DNA of 64,000 nucleotides from Nocardioides sp. (GCA_035554935.1 DATMHM010000094.1:460-64459), one strand, 5' to 3'; shown: positions 40,515-51,997, numbered from the stretch's first letter. Made by a program: numbers and translations. The notes: generated by a model not told the origin, from the sequence alone.

Positions 40515-40582
40515 GAATCCGCCTACTAGTCTGTTCGGGTTCTGCCGTTCACCGGACCATCCCCGCTCACCGAGGAGTGCCC

Positions 40583-41797
40583 ATGCCCGAGGCCGTCATT
40601 GTTTCCGCCGCCCGTACGCCGATCGGCCGCGCCAACAAGGGCTCGTTGAAGGACTTCCGTCCCGACGACCTGACCGCGTTCATCGCGCAGGCCGCGCTGG
40701 ACAAGGTCCCCGCCCTCGACCCGAAGGACGTCGACGACTTCTACCTCGGCGTGGGCCTGCCCGGCGGTGAGGCCGGCAACAACATGGCCCGGATCGTCAC
40801 CACCCTGATGGGCACCGAGATCCCCGGCGCCACCATCACCCGCTACTGCTCCTCCTCGGTGCAGACCTCGCGGATGGCCTTCCACGCGATCAAGGCCGGC
40901 GAGGGCGACGTGTTCATCTCCGCCGGCGTCGAGACGGTGTCGCGCTTCCAGTTCGGTACGTCGGACCACATCCCGAACACCCGGAACCCGCTCTTCGCCG
41001 ACGCCGAGACCCGCACCAAGGAGTACGCCGAGGGCGGCAAGGTCTGGCACGACCCCCGCGAGGACGGCCTGCTGCCCGACATCTACATCGCGATGGGCCA
41101 GACGGCCGAGAACGTCGCGTCGATCCGCGGCCTCAAGCGCGAGGACCTCGACCACTTCGGCGTCCGGTCGCAGAACCTCGCCGAGAAGGCCATCGCCGAC
41201 GGCTTCTGGGAGCGCGAGATCACCCCGGTCACCCTCGCCGACGGCACCGTCGTGTCCAAGGACGACGGCCCCCGCGCCGGCGTCACCTACGAGGCGCTCT
41301 CCGGCCTGCAGCCGGTGTTCCGCCCCGACGGCGTGGTCACCGCGGGCAACTGCTGCGCGCTCAACGACGGCGCCGCCGCGGTCGTCATCATGTCCGACAC
41401 CAAGGCCGCCGAGCTCGGGCTGACGCCGCTCGCCCGGATCGTGTCGACCGGCGTCTCCGGCCTCTCCCCCGAGATCATGGGCCTCGGCCCGGTCGAGGCG
41501 ACCCGCAACGCGCTCAAGCACGCCAACATGACCATCGACGACATCGACCTCGCCGAGATCAACGAGGCCTTCGCCGCCCAGGTGCTGCCCTCGGCCGAGG
41601 ACCTCGGCATCCCGATCGAGAAGCTCAACGTCAACGGCGGCGCGATCGCCGTCGGCCACCCCTTCGGCATGACCGGCGCCCGTCTCCAGAACACCCTGAT
41701 CAACTCGCTGCAGTGGCACGACAAGTCCACCGGCCTGATCACCATGTGCGTCGGCGGCGGACAGGGCATGGCGATGATCCTGGAGCGCATGAGCTGA
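40583..41797 (+). CDS. Acetyl-CoA C-acyltransferase (thiolase)
   Basis: RYCSSS, NEAFA, GHPFGMTG, MCVGGGQG; GAGGAG RBS. Confidence 0.96.
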   Translation: MPEAVIVSAARTPIGRANKGSLKDFRPDDLTAFIAQAALDKVPALDPKDVDDFYLGVGLPGGEAGNNMARIVTTLMGTEIPGATITRYCSSSVQTSRMAFHAIKAGEGDVFISAGVETVSRFQFGTSDHIPNTRNPLFADAETRTKEYAEGGKVWHDPREDGLLPDIYIAMGQTAENVASIRGLKREDLDHFGVRSQNLAEKAIADGFWEREITPVTLADGTVVSKDDGPRAGVTYEALSGLQPVFRPDGVVTAGNCCALNDGAAAVVIMSDTKAAELGLTPLARIVSTGVSGLSPEIMGLGPVEATRNALKHANMTIDDIDLAEINEAFAAQVLPSAEDLGIPIEKLNVNGGAIAVGHPFGMTGARLQNTLINSLQWHDKSTGLITMCVGGGQGMAMILERMS

Positions 41798-41860
41798 ACT
41801 GGGGCCCGCCGAGGAACGAGGCGGGACCCGGATCAGGCGGGCGGGTCGTACCTTCGGTGC

Positions 41861-42466
41861 ATGAGCATCGAGGTGCGGCCCGCCGCCGTTTTCGAGGACG
41901 TGAAGGCGCTGGTCGGGCCGAAGCGTCCTGACGCGAGCGTCTGCTGGTGCCTGAGTTACCGCATCCCGTCGAAGGTCAACAACGCGATGCGCGGCCCGGA
42001 GCGCGGGGCCTTCGTGGCGCGGCTGCTCGAGGACGGCCCGCTCGGTGTGCTCGCCTACGACGGCGACGTACCCGTCGGCTGGGCCGCGGTGGCCCCGCGC
42101 GCCGACACCACCTTCGCCCGGAACCGGAGGATCCCCCACGTCGACGACCTCCCCGTGTGGTCACTGTGGTGCATCCGGGTCCGTCCCGGGCACCGCGGCA
42201 AGGGCATCTCGCACGCCCTCATCGAGGGTGCGATCGAGCACGCGAGGGCGGGCGGCGCGCCCGTGCTCGAGGCCTACCCGCTCGACAACGGCGACGCGCG
42301 CGTCGACCTGACGATGGCGTACGCCGGCCTGCGCGCCAACTTCGAGGCCGCCGGCTTCGAGAAGGTCGCCGACACGGCCTCCGTCCTCAGCGGGCACCCA
42401 CGGGTCGTCATGCGCAAGGACCTCCGCGACGGCACGACCGGCAACCGCGCCGACGGGACTGCCTGA
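41861..42466 (+). CDS. GNAT acetyltransferase
   Basis: CWCLSYR, VRPGHRGKGISHAL, LEAYP. Confidence 0.88.
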   Translation: MSIEVRPAAVFEDVKALVGPKRPDASVCWCLSYRIPSKVNNAMRGPERGAFVARLLEDGPLGVLAYDGDVPVGWAAVAPRADTTFARNRRIPHVDDLPVWSLWCIRVRPGHRGKGISHALIEGAIEHARAGGAPVLEAYPLDNGDARVDLTMAYAGLRANFEAAGFEKVADTASVLSGHPRVVMRKDLRDGTTGNRADGTA

Positions 42467-42502
42467 CCCCGTCGGGATCCGGGTCGGCCATAGACTGGGG
42501 CC

Positions 42503-43012
42503 GTGACCGACGAGACCGCCGCTGTCGTGCCGCTGCACGGCGAACCACGGTGGCTCGACGCGGACCAGCAGCAGGCCTGGCGGTCGTTCCTGCTCGGCAC
42601 CACCCTCATCCTCGACCGCCTCGACGAGGACCTGCGCCGCGACCACAGCCTCTCCGCGGTGGAGTACGAGATCCTCGTCCGGCTCTCCGAGTCCGACGGC
42701 CAGCTCCGGATGGCGCGACTGGCCGCCGCCCTCGCCCACAGCCGCAGCCGGGTCACCCACACGGTCAAGCGGATGGAGGCCAGCGGCCTGGTGCAGCGCG
42801 CCGGCTCCCCCGACGACGGCCGCGGCGTGATCTGCCAGCTCACCGACGCCGGCGCCGCGATGCTGCGCACCGCCGCTCCGAGCCACGTCGAGACCGTCCG
42901 CCAGTCGCTCATCGACCTGGTGGACCCCGATGACCTGATGGCCCTGAGCCGCGTGATGAACGCCGTGTGCGACCAGTTGATCGCCGACCACCCCGAGCGC
43001 GAGCTGCGCTGA
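42503..43012 (+). CDS. MarR-family transcriptional regulator
   Basis: EYEILVRLSE, SRSRVTHTVKRME, DDGRG, LTDAG. Confidence 0.93.
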   Translation: MTDETAAVVPLHGEPRWLDADQQQAWRSFLLGTTLILDRLDEDLRRDHSLSAVEYEILVRLSESDGQLRMARLAAALAHSRSRVTHTVKRMEASGLVQRAGSPDDGRGVICQLTDAGAAMLRTAAPSHVETVRQSLIDLVDPDDLMALSRVMNAVCDQLIADHPERELR

Positions 43013-43020
43013 TCCCACCC

Positions 43021-43554
43021 GGCTCCGCCGGGCGCCTGCGGCGCCTCGGGGGGCTCTGCCGGGCGCCTGCGGCGCCTCGGGGGGCTCTGCCGGGCGCCTG
43101 CGGCGCCTCCCGCCGGATCCCCCGCGGAGGCTCTGAGCGGGGGCCCCGCCGTCGGCGTCCTGACCCTGCCACGCCACGGAAGTCACACGCAGACGCCGAC
43201 GGCACCCCGATTCGCCTCCGCGGGGGTCCGGCGTCCGGCGCCTCCGGCGCCCGGCAGAGCCGTCGTCACGTCGCCTCCGGCGCCCGGCGGAGCCGTCGTC
43301 ACGTCGCCTCCGGCGCCCGGCGAAGCCGCGTCGACGGCAAGGGCGGGCCCGGAGGGTCCGTCCGCTGCCGTCGACTGGGCGACGCGCTCGCGCCCCGGCA
43401 CCACCAACCATGGCTTGCCGCCAGTCCAACCGAGGTCCTACGCAAGCCAACCGCGAGCGCGGCAGCGCGGCGCCCCGCGGCGAAGCCGCGTCGACGGCAA
43501 GGGCGGGCCCGGAGGGTCCGTCCGCTGCCGTCGACTGGGCGACGCGCTCGCGCC
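43021..43554. repeat. REP/BIME-like mosaic of tandem, inverted and direct repeats
   Basis: 31-bp unit x~3 (43021-43109); nested inverted repeats (43084-43260); 33-bp unit x~3 (43239-43327); identical 77-bp direct repeat at 43318-43394 and 43478-43554. Confidence 0.88.
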
Positions 43555-43560
43555 AACCAG

Positions 43561-45243
<1,683 letters not shown>

Positions 45244-45252
45244 GGGCCAAGG

Positions 45253-45657
45253 CTACGCAGCGGCGCTCTCGCCTCCGTGGCCGGGGTCAGCGGCGGGAGC
45301 GGCCTTCACGAACGACGACGTGCCCCGCGTGAGGTCGTGGCCGATCGTGAAGGCGTCGATCTCGAGGGCGACCACCTCGACGTTCGACTTGTTGACGTAG
45401 GTGCGGTGGTTGAGGCGGCCGTGCACGACGACGGCGTCACCCTGCCGCAACGACCGCCCGGCGTGCTCGGCGAGGCGGCGCCAGGCGCTCACGCCGTACC
45501 ACTGCGTCTCGCTGTCGACCCACTGCCCGGTGACCCGGTTGAAGTGCCGGGGCGTGCAGCCGATCCGGAAGTTCAGCACGGTGTTGCCCGCGACGTCGCG
45601 CGCCACCGGCGTCGACGCGATCCAGCCCTGGATCGTCACGACCGTCTCGTTGACCAT
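45253..45657 (-). CDS. ssb: Single-stranded DNA-binding protein (secondary, SsbB-type)
   Basis: OB fold: WYGVSAWRRLAEH, GDAVVVHGRL, IGHDL; no acidic DDxPF tip. Confidence 0.88.
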   Translation of the reverse strand: MVNETVVTIQGWIASTPVARDVAGNTVLNFRIGCTPRHFNRVTGQWVDSETQWYGVSAWRRLAEHAGRSLRQGDAVVVHGRLNHRTYVNKSNVEVVALEIDAFTIGHDLTRGTSSFVKAAPAADPGHGGESAAA

Positions 45658-45838
45658 CGCCGAGGTCCTCTCTGCCCGCCGGCCACCCGTGTGACCGGTC
45701 GGAACCAGTGGACCGCGGCGGGGCGACGTACGGAATCGATCCGGTCGCGGCCTGTGGACGACGTCCGCGCCGAGGGGCGTCTGTGGACGGTTGGCGTCGC
45801 TCCCGGGGACGCGTGGGACGCCCGGTGCCGTCGAGGCG

Positions 45839-47455
45839 TCAGGTCCGGGCGGCGGAGATCCCGCGCCGGAAGGCGGCGTAGGAGCGCAGTTCCCCGGTGA
45901 GGGGCGCGACCACGACGTCGTCGAGGACGTCGTGCACCACGCCGCGCAGCCGGTGGTCGGCGGCGTCGGCACGGGCCCGCGCGAGGCCGCCGACCAGGGA
46001 TCGACCGACGAGGGCGAGGAGCAGGCCGAGGACCAGTGCTGCTCCGGCCAGGAGCGGCGGCACCGGGAGCCCGGCGACCTCCGGGAGGTCGGCCAGCCGG
46101 CCGCGCAGCGCCGCGTAGCCCCACCAACCGAGGCCGGCGACGAGCGCCAGCAGGAGCAGCCAGTGCAGCAGCCGGACGAGGACCAGCCAGAACGGGAGCC
46201 GACCACCGAGGTCGACGCTGCCGAGCTCGCGGTCCAGGCGGTCGGCGAGCTCCGGCAGGCGGTCGGTGGCGGCAGCCCGCACGTGCGGCGACCAGGCGGG
46301 GCCGACGCCGTCGCCGGCCTCGTCGGTCAGGGCGCGCACGGCCGTGTCGGCCGTCGGGCGGTCGACCGGGGCGACCCGCGGGTCGCGGTCGAGCGCCTCC
46401 ACGTCGGGGTCGCGGCGCTGGAGCAACTGCAGCGGCGGCCAGGCCACGGCGCCGCGCGCCCTGGAGCCGACGCTGCGCTCGATGGCGTCCACCACGGCCG
46501 AGACGCCGGCCGCGTCCGCCACCGCGTCCTCGAGCCGGCGTACCCGCGAGACGTCGAGGTCGCGCGGCGCCTCGGCGCCGCCCACGGCCTCGAGCCGGCC
46601 GGCGGCAGCCGCGATGTCGGCCTCGACCCGCCCCGTCGTGCTGCGCTTGTCCTGGACGCGGCGCTGGATCTCCGCCCGGAGCTCGGCCATCCCGATGCCC
46701 TCGCGGGCGGAGATCGGCAGCACCGTGACGTCCGGGAGGCCGTCGGCGGCCAGCAGCCGGCGTACGTCGTCGACCATGGCCTGACGACGCTCCTCCGGCA
46801 CCGTGTCGATGTGGTTGAGCGCCACCAGGATGACGTCCTGGTGGGTCGCCATCGGCTTGAAGTAGCGGTCGTGGACCGCGGCGTCGGCGTACTTCTGCGG
46901 GTCCAGGACCCAGATCATCAGGTCGGCGACGGCGATCAGCCGGTCGACCTCGAGGTGGTGCGACACCTCGGTCGAGTCGTGGTCGGGCAGGTCCAGCAGC
47001 ACGACCCCGTCGAACGAGCCGTCCTCGCGCCGGCTGTCGAGCATCGAGTCACGCATCGTCTGGTGCCGCGGCGGGATCCCGATCCACTCGAGCAGGTCGT
47101 CGGCGCCCTCGCTGCCCCAGACCACCGCGGTCGCCCAGGACGTCGTGGGCCGGCGGATCCCGACCGAGGACAGCTCCAGGCCGGTCAGCGCGTTGTAGGT
47201 CGAGGACTTGCCGGACCCGGTCGCACCGGCGATCGCGACGACCGTGTGCCGGGCCGAGAGGCGCAGCCGGCCGGTGGCTCGATCTGCGGCACCCGTGACG
47301 TCGTCGAGCAGCGCGTCGTCGATCCGGCCGCGGGCAGCAGACGCCGCCTCACGCAGCCCGGCGACGCGCTCCCCCACCGGCGTTCCCCGGGTGGCGAGGT
47401 CGCCGAGGCCGGGCTCGGTGCCCTCGCCACTCTCGGTCTGGAGTCCATCCGTCAC
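45839..47455 (-). CDS. Dynamin-like / YfjP-family GTPase with two C-terminal TM helices
   Basis: GATGSGKSS, RRPTT, LDLPDHDS, DPQKYAD, LNHID. Confidence 0.88.
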   Translation of the reverse strand: MTDGLQTESGEGTEPGLGDLATRGTPVGERVAGLREAASAARGRIDDALLDDVTGAADRATGRLRLSARHTVVAIAGATGSGKSSTYNALTGLELSSVGIRRPTTSWATAVVWGSEGADDLLEWIGIPPRHQTMRDSMLDSRREDGSFDGVVLLDLPDHDSTEVSHHLEVDRLIAVADLMIWVLDPQKYADAAVHDRYFKPMATHQDVILVALNHIDTVPEERRQAMVDDVRRLLAADGLPDVTVLPISAREGIGMAELRAEIQRRVQDKRSTTGRVEADIAAAAGRLEAVGGAEAPRDLDVSRVRRLEDAVADAAGVSAVVDAIERSVGSRARGAVAWPPLQLLQRRDPDVEALDRDPRVAPVDRPTADTAVRALTDEAGDGVGPAWSPHVRAAATDRLPELADRLDRELGSVDLGGRLPFWLVLVRLLHWLLLLALVAGLGWWGYAALRGRLADLPEVAGLPVPPLLAGAALVLGLLLALVGRSLVGGLARARADAADHRLRGVVHDVLDDVVVAPLTGELRSYAAFRRGISAART

Positions 47456-49209
47456 AGGTGTCCACCCGTTCCCTTCTTGGCGGCGGCGAACCGCAGGTCG
47501 TCGACACGTCGGGCCGCCTGGCGCAGCTGGTCGGCCGCGTCGGGCTTGAGGTGCCACTGCGCGGCGGGCGCGAGGTAGCGGGCCCGCTCGGCTCCGATCA
47601 GCGTCGTCAGGCGCCGGGCCAGGGTGCCCCGCGCCTGGTCGACCGCCCGAGCGGTGGCGGGCCCGCCGAGGATCGTCTCCAGCAGGGTGCGACCGAGCAC
47701 CACCGCCTCGGCCGACTGCCCCGACGGCTCGTCACCGGCGAGCGCCACGACCGCGAGGGTGACCGAGAGCCCACGCACCCCGAGGGCGAGGAAACGGGCG
47801 CTGTGCCGGACGTCGCCGGCCTCGTGGCGGACGAGCTCCTGCAACTCCTCCAGCCAGGTCCGGATCTGCTGCTCGGTGCGCGACTGCAGGGCGCGGCCGG
47901 CGCGGGACAGGTCGTCGGCGGTCGAGGCGAGCAGCGCGGCTCCGTACTCCTCCTGGCGACAGGCCTCCGAGGCGGTGGCCGCGGCCCGCTCGGCACGGTC
48001 GGCGACCAGCGCCTCCAGCGCCATCTCGATCGACACCGCGACCCGCTCGGCCTGCTGGGGCTTGCCCTTGATCGCGTTGACCAGGCGCTCGCGGACGAAG
48101 CCGACCTTGGCCTCCAGCGAGCGCACCAGCTCGCCGCTCCCGACGAACTCCTGCCAGCGCGCGAGCAGGTCGCCGCGCAGCAACGAGCCGTCCGAGCTCG
48201 CCGACAGCAGGGCGGTCTGCGCGTCGTCGTACACGCTGTCCGCGATGCGGAGCAGCTCGTCGATCGCGGCGACCTGGAGCCCCGCGGCGTCTGCGATCGG
48301 GAAGGCCTTGCGGGTGACCGTGCGGACGGCTCCGGCGACGGTCTGGTTGACGACGTCGCGACGCGCGGCGGCGTCGGCGGCGAGCGCCTCGAGCCAGCTG
48401 CGGATCTCGTCGCCGTACGACGACGGCAACAGGCCCTCGTCGCTGACCGTGCCCTGGGCGACCGCGAACAGCGGGCTGTCCTTGAGCCCACGGGCGGCCA
48501 TCATCCGGGCCAGGTGGACCGAGACCGTGGCGACGTCCTCGGCGGGCGTGCGGCTGAGGACCAGTGCGACGGCGGTGTTGCGGTCGACGGCGACCTTGAG
48601 GTGGTCCCACGGCACCTGGTCGGAGTAGCGCGCGGCCGAGGTGACGAAGAGCCAGAGGTCGGCCGCGGCGAGCAGCTGCGCGGCGAGCTCCCGGTTGCGC
48701 TCGTCGACGGAGTCGACGTCCGGCGCGTCGAGGACCGCCAGACCGCGGGGGACGTTCGGGCTCGCGACGAGCTGGATCGCCGACTGGTCGTTGGTGGCCT
48801 GCTGGACGCGGGACAGCTCGGGGAGCAGGCGGTCCGCGCCGAACCAGCGGGCGTCGTCGGGATGGTGCACCAGCACCGGCGACTTCGTCGTGGGGCGCAG
48901 GATGCCGGGAGTGGTCACCTTGTGGCCGACGAGGGTGTTGACGAGCGTCGACTTGCCGGCACCCGTCGAGCCGCCGACGACCACGAGCAGCGGCGCCTCG
49001 ATCTCGGTCAGCCTCGGGATGATGTAGTCCTCGAGCTGCTCGATGACGTGGTCACGTCCGACGCGCAGGGCGGCGACGCCGGGCAGGTCGAGCGGGAGCG
49101 GCGCTGCCTTGAGGGAGCCGTGCAGCCGCACGACCTCGGTGAGCATCCGGCCACCGAGCTCGTCGCGGTCGCGGCCGACACCCATGAGCGCCTCGTGTCC
49201 GGGAATCAT
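47452..49209 (-). CDS. Dynamin-family GTPase
   Basis: GGSTGAGKST, LRPTT, LDAPDVDS, FVTSAARYSD; long helical C-terminus. Confidence 0.88.
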   Translation of the reverse strand: MIPGHEALMGVGRDRDELGGRMLTEVVRLHGSLKAAPLPLDLPGVAALRVGRDHVIEQLEDYIIPRLTEIEAPLLVVVGGSTGAGKSTLVNTLVGHKVTTPGILRPTTKSPVLVHHPDDARWFGADRLLPELSRVQQATNDQSAIQLVASPNVPRGLAVLDAPDVDSVDERNRELAAQLLAAADLWLFVTSAARYSDQVPWDHLKVAVDRNTAVALVLSRTPAEDVATVSVHLARMMAARGLKDSPLFAVAQGTVSDEGLLPSSYGDEIRSWLEALAADAAARRDVVNQTVAGAVRTVTRKAFPIADAAGLQVAAIDELLRIADSVYDDAQTALLSASSDGSLLRGDLLARWQEFVGSGELVRSLEAKVGFVRERLVNAIKGKPQQAERVAVSIEMALEALVADRAERAAATASEACRQEEYGAALLASTADDLSRAGRALQSRTEQQIRTWLEELQELVRHEAGDVRHSARFLALGVRGLSVTLAVVALAGDEPSGQSAEAVVLGRTLLETILGGPATARAVDQARGTLARRLTTLIGAERARYLAPAAQWHLKPDAADQLRQAARRVDDLRFAAAKKGTGGHL

Positions 49210-50327
49210 CGCTGGGGCACCACCTGTCCGGGGAAGGCGATCCGCGGGCGGGCAGCCTGGATCCTTCCGAGAAAGTCCTGTCCACGAGCCTGCCAGTCCC
49301 GCGGCGCGGTGCCGCGGAGCAGGCGGTGGTGCAGGTAGCCGAGCTCGATGGCCGCCTGCTGGTAGTCGCGCATGGCCCGCTCGGCCGCGGGGCCGCCGTG
49401 GCGCCGGGCGTGGCGTCGCGCGTCGCGCCGGGCCCGGAGGTTCACGACCCAGCCGATGTCGGTGGCCGGCAGCAGGCCGCGGTCGGCGGCGTCGGTGAGG
49501 GCGACCCGCAACAGGTGCGCCTCGGTCTCCCGCGCCCACCAGGCCAGCGCGATCATCGCGACGAACGCCGGGGCCATGATCACGAGGTAGACGACGACGA
49601 AGCTGCCGAAGCCGAACACGGCCGAGCCGTTCCAGATGCCGTGCGCGAGCACCGCGAGCAGGTAGCCGCCGGTCGGCGCGAGCCAGCGCACGGCGCCGCT
49701 GCGCGAGCTCACCGCGAGTCCGATGCCGATGCCGAAGAAGGCGGTGAACAGCGGGTGGGCGAAGGGGCTGAAGAGGCAGCGGAGCACGAACGTGCCGGTG
49801 ACCGCCTCGATGCCTCCGGGGCCCATGCCGTCGGTGCCGTTGTAGGCGGCGGCGAGATAGAGGATGTTCTCGGTGAACGCGAACCCGACGCCGACCATGC
49901 CGGCGTAGACGATCCCGTCGAGGATGCCGTCCACCTCGGCGCGGCGCCACCAGAGCAGCAGCACGAGGAAGAGGCCCTTGCTCGCCTCCTCCACGACGGG
50001 CGCGGCGACGGCGAGCGAGGTGGTGTCGGTGATCCCGACGAGCAGGCCGCCCACGCCCTGGATCACCAGGGCGGCGATGGTCGCCACGAACGCCCCCCAT
50101 CCCAGCCCGGCGGCGAGCAGCCGCTTCGGCTCCGGCTCGTAGCGGTCGAGCCAGAGGTACGCCGCCAGCACCGGCCCGACGGGCAGGGCAGCGAGCGCGG
50201 TCGCGAGCAGGATCAGGCCAGGCGCGCCCGAGAGGGCGAGCAGGACGAGGGTCAGCAGCGCCCCGACGGCGACCGCCACGGTCACGACGACCGTGAAGGC
50301 AACGCTGTTGCGGGGGCCTGGAGACAT
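49206..50327 (-). CDS. PrsW-family intramembrane metalloprotease
   Basis: DRYEPEP, APVVEEASK, GFAFTENILY, HPLFT, HGIWN. Confidence 0.93.
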   Translation of the reverse strand: MSPGPRNSVAFTVVVTVAVAVGALLTLVLLALSGAPGLILLATALAALPVGPVLAAYLWLDRYEPEPKRLLAAGLGWGAFVATIAALVIQGVGGLLVGITDTTSLAVAAPVVEEASKGLFLVLLLWWRRAEVDGILDGIVYAGMVGVGFAFTENILYLAAAYNGTDGMGPGGIEAVTGTFVLRCLFSPFAHPLFTAFFGIGIGLAVSSRSGAVRWLAPTGGYLLAVLAHGIWNGSAVFGFGSFVVVYLVIMAPAFVAMIALAWWARETEAHLLRVALTDAADRGLLPATDIGWVVNLRARRDARRHARRHGGPAAERAMRDYQQAAIELGYLHHRLLRGTAPRDWQARGQDFLGRIQAARPRIAFPGQVVPQR

Positions 50328-50400
50328 GGGTCGCAGCCTATCGGGAGCGGTCCGTCAACCCCCGATCGCCAAGTCTTCACCCGCGCGTACAGTGAGGAAG

Positions 50401-51879
50401 GTGACAGAGGACACCCCCCAGATCGCACCCGAGGTGCCCGCCGACACCCAGGGCGGGACCGGGTCCGGGACCGAGCCCAGGACCGAGCCCAGGACCGAGC
50501 AGCACGACCCGGCCGTCCCCGAGGCCTACGCCGCGTTCATGCGCACCGGCTGGGACGACCGCCCCGCCGACGTCGCGCGCCACCCGCTGGCCGACCTGGC
50601 CGCCGTACGCCGCTCGCGGTTGGCGGACGCCTTCCCCGGCGAGCGCCTGGTCCTCCCCGGCGGCGGCTATCAGGTGCGCGCCCACGACACCGACTACCGC
50701 TTCCGCGCCGACACCGCGCACACCTACTTCTCCGGCAACCAGACCTCCGACGCGGTCCTGGTGATCGAGCCCGACGGGTCGGCCGTGCTCTACGCCCGGC
50801 CGCGCTCGGGACGCGACACCGACGAGTTCTTCCGCGACCGGCAGTACGGCGCCCTGTGGGCCGGCAAGCGACCGTCGGCCGAGGAGCTGGAGGCCGCCCT
50901 GGGACTTCCGGTCCGGCACGTCGACACGCTGCCCGACGTACTCTCCGGCGGCACCAAGACCCGCGTCCACCGCGGCGTCTCGGCAGGCGTCGACGGCCTC
51001 CTCGCGACCGACGAGGGCCGCGACGGCGAGCTCGCCCGGGTCCTGTCCGAGAGCCGGCTGGTGAAGGACGCGTGGGAGGTCGCCGAGCTGCAGTCGGCCG
51101 TCGACGCGACCGTGCTCGGCTTCGAGGACTGCGTCCGCGAGTGGGACCGCGTCGTGGAGCACGGTGAGCGCTGGCTGGAGGGCACGTTCTTTCGCCGGGC
51201 GCGGACGATGGGCAACGACCTCGGCTACGACTCGATCGTCGCCGGCGGTCCGCACGCCACGACGCTGCACTGGATCGAGAACTCGGGGCCGATCGTCCCC
51301 GGGCAGCTGGTGCTGTGCGACATGGGCGTCGAGGGCGGGAACCTCTACACCGCCGACGTCACCCGCACCCTTCCCGTGAGCGGTACCTTCTCCCCGCTGC
51401 AGCGCGACCTCTACCAGCTCGTGCTCGACGCCCAGGAGGCCGCGCTGGCGGCGCTCGGGCCCGGCGCGAAGTTCCTCGCCGGCCACGAGGCCGCGATGGT
51501 CGTGCTCGCCCACGGCCTCGGCGACCTGGGCCTGCTCCCGGTGTCGGTCGAGGAGGCGCTGTCCCCCGACTCCCGGGTCTACGCCCGCTGGACGCTCCAC
51601 GGCGTCAGCCACATGCTGGGCATGGACGTGCACGACTGCGGGCGGGCCGCCCCCGAGGCCTACCGCGAGGCGGACCTGGTCGAGGGGATGGTGCTCACCG
51701 TCGAGCCCGGCCTGTACTTCCAGGCCGACGACCTGCTCGTTCCGGAGGAGCTGCGCGGGATCGGCATCCGGATCGAGGACGACGTCGTCGTGACGGCCGA
51801 TGGAGTGGCCAACCTGTCCTCCGCTCTCCCCCGCACGCCGGACGGGATCGAGGAGTGGATGGGGCGGCTGCGGGGCTGA
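50401..51879 (+). CDS. pepP: Xaa-Pro aminopeptidase (aminopeptidase P)
   Basis: TLHW, YTADVTRT, HGVSHMLGMDVHD, TVEPGLY, GIRIEDD. Confidence 0.93.
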   Translation: MTEDTPQIAPEVPADTQGGTGSGTEPRTEPRTEQHDPAVPEAYAAFMRTGWDDRPADVARHPLADLAAVRRSRLADAFPGERLVLPGGGYQVRAHDTDYRFRADTAHTYFSGNQTSDAVLVIEPDGSAVLYARPRSGRDTDEFFRDRQYGALWAGKRPSAEELEAALGLPVRHVDTLPDVLSGGTKTRVHRGVSAGVDGLLATDEGRDGELARVLSESRLVKDAWEVAELQSAVDATVLGFEDCVREWDRVVEHGERWLEGTFFRRARTMGNDLGYDSIVAGGPHATTLHWIENSGPIVPGQLVLCDMGVEGGNLYTADVTRTLPVSGTFSPLQRDLYQLVLDAQEAALAALGPGAKFLAGHEAAMVVLAHGLGDLGLLPVSVEEALSPDSRVYARWTLHGVSHMLGMDVHDCGRAAPEAYREADLVEGMVLTVEPGLYFQADDLLVPEELRGIGIRIEDDVVVTADGVANLSSALPRTPDGIEEWMGRLRG

Positions 51880-51898
51880 CATCCCAGGTCCGTTTTTG

Positions 51899-51961
51899 AT
51901 GTCGTTTGGGACCAAACGACGGCAATTCGGCCCCGCGGCATGTCGTTTCTGACCAATCGAC
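51899..51961. promoter_or_regulatory. Two copies of a 22-bp imperfect palindrome
   Basis: ATGTCGTTTGGGACCAAACGAC (51899) and ATGTCGTTTCTGACCAATCGAC (51940). Confidence 0.55.
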
Positions 51962-51997
51962 ACCCTCTGCGACTTCCGAGTAACCCCCGACCGGGAG

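Noticed and set aside
43021-43554. 31-33 bp repeats as a CRISPR array
   Set aside because: The units are head-to-tail with no unique spacers, there is no AT-rich leader, and no cas genes are in the window
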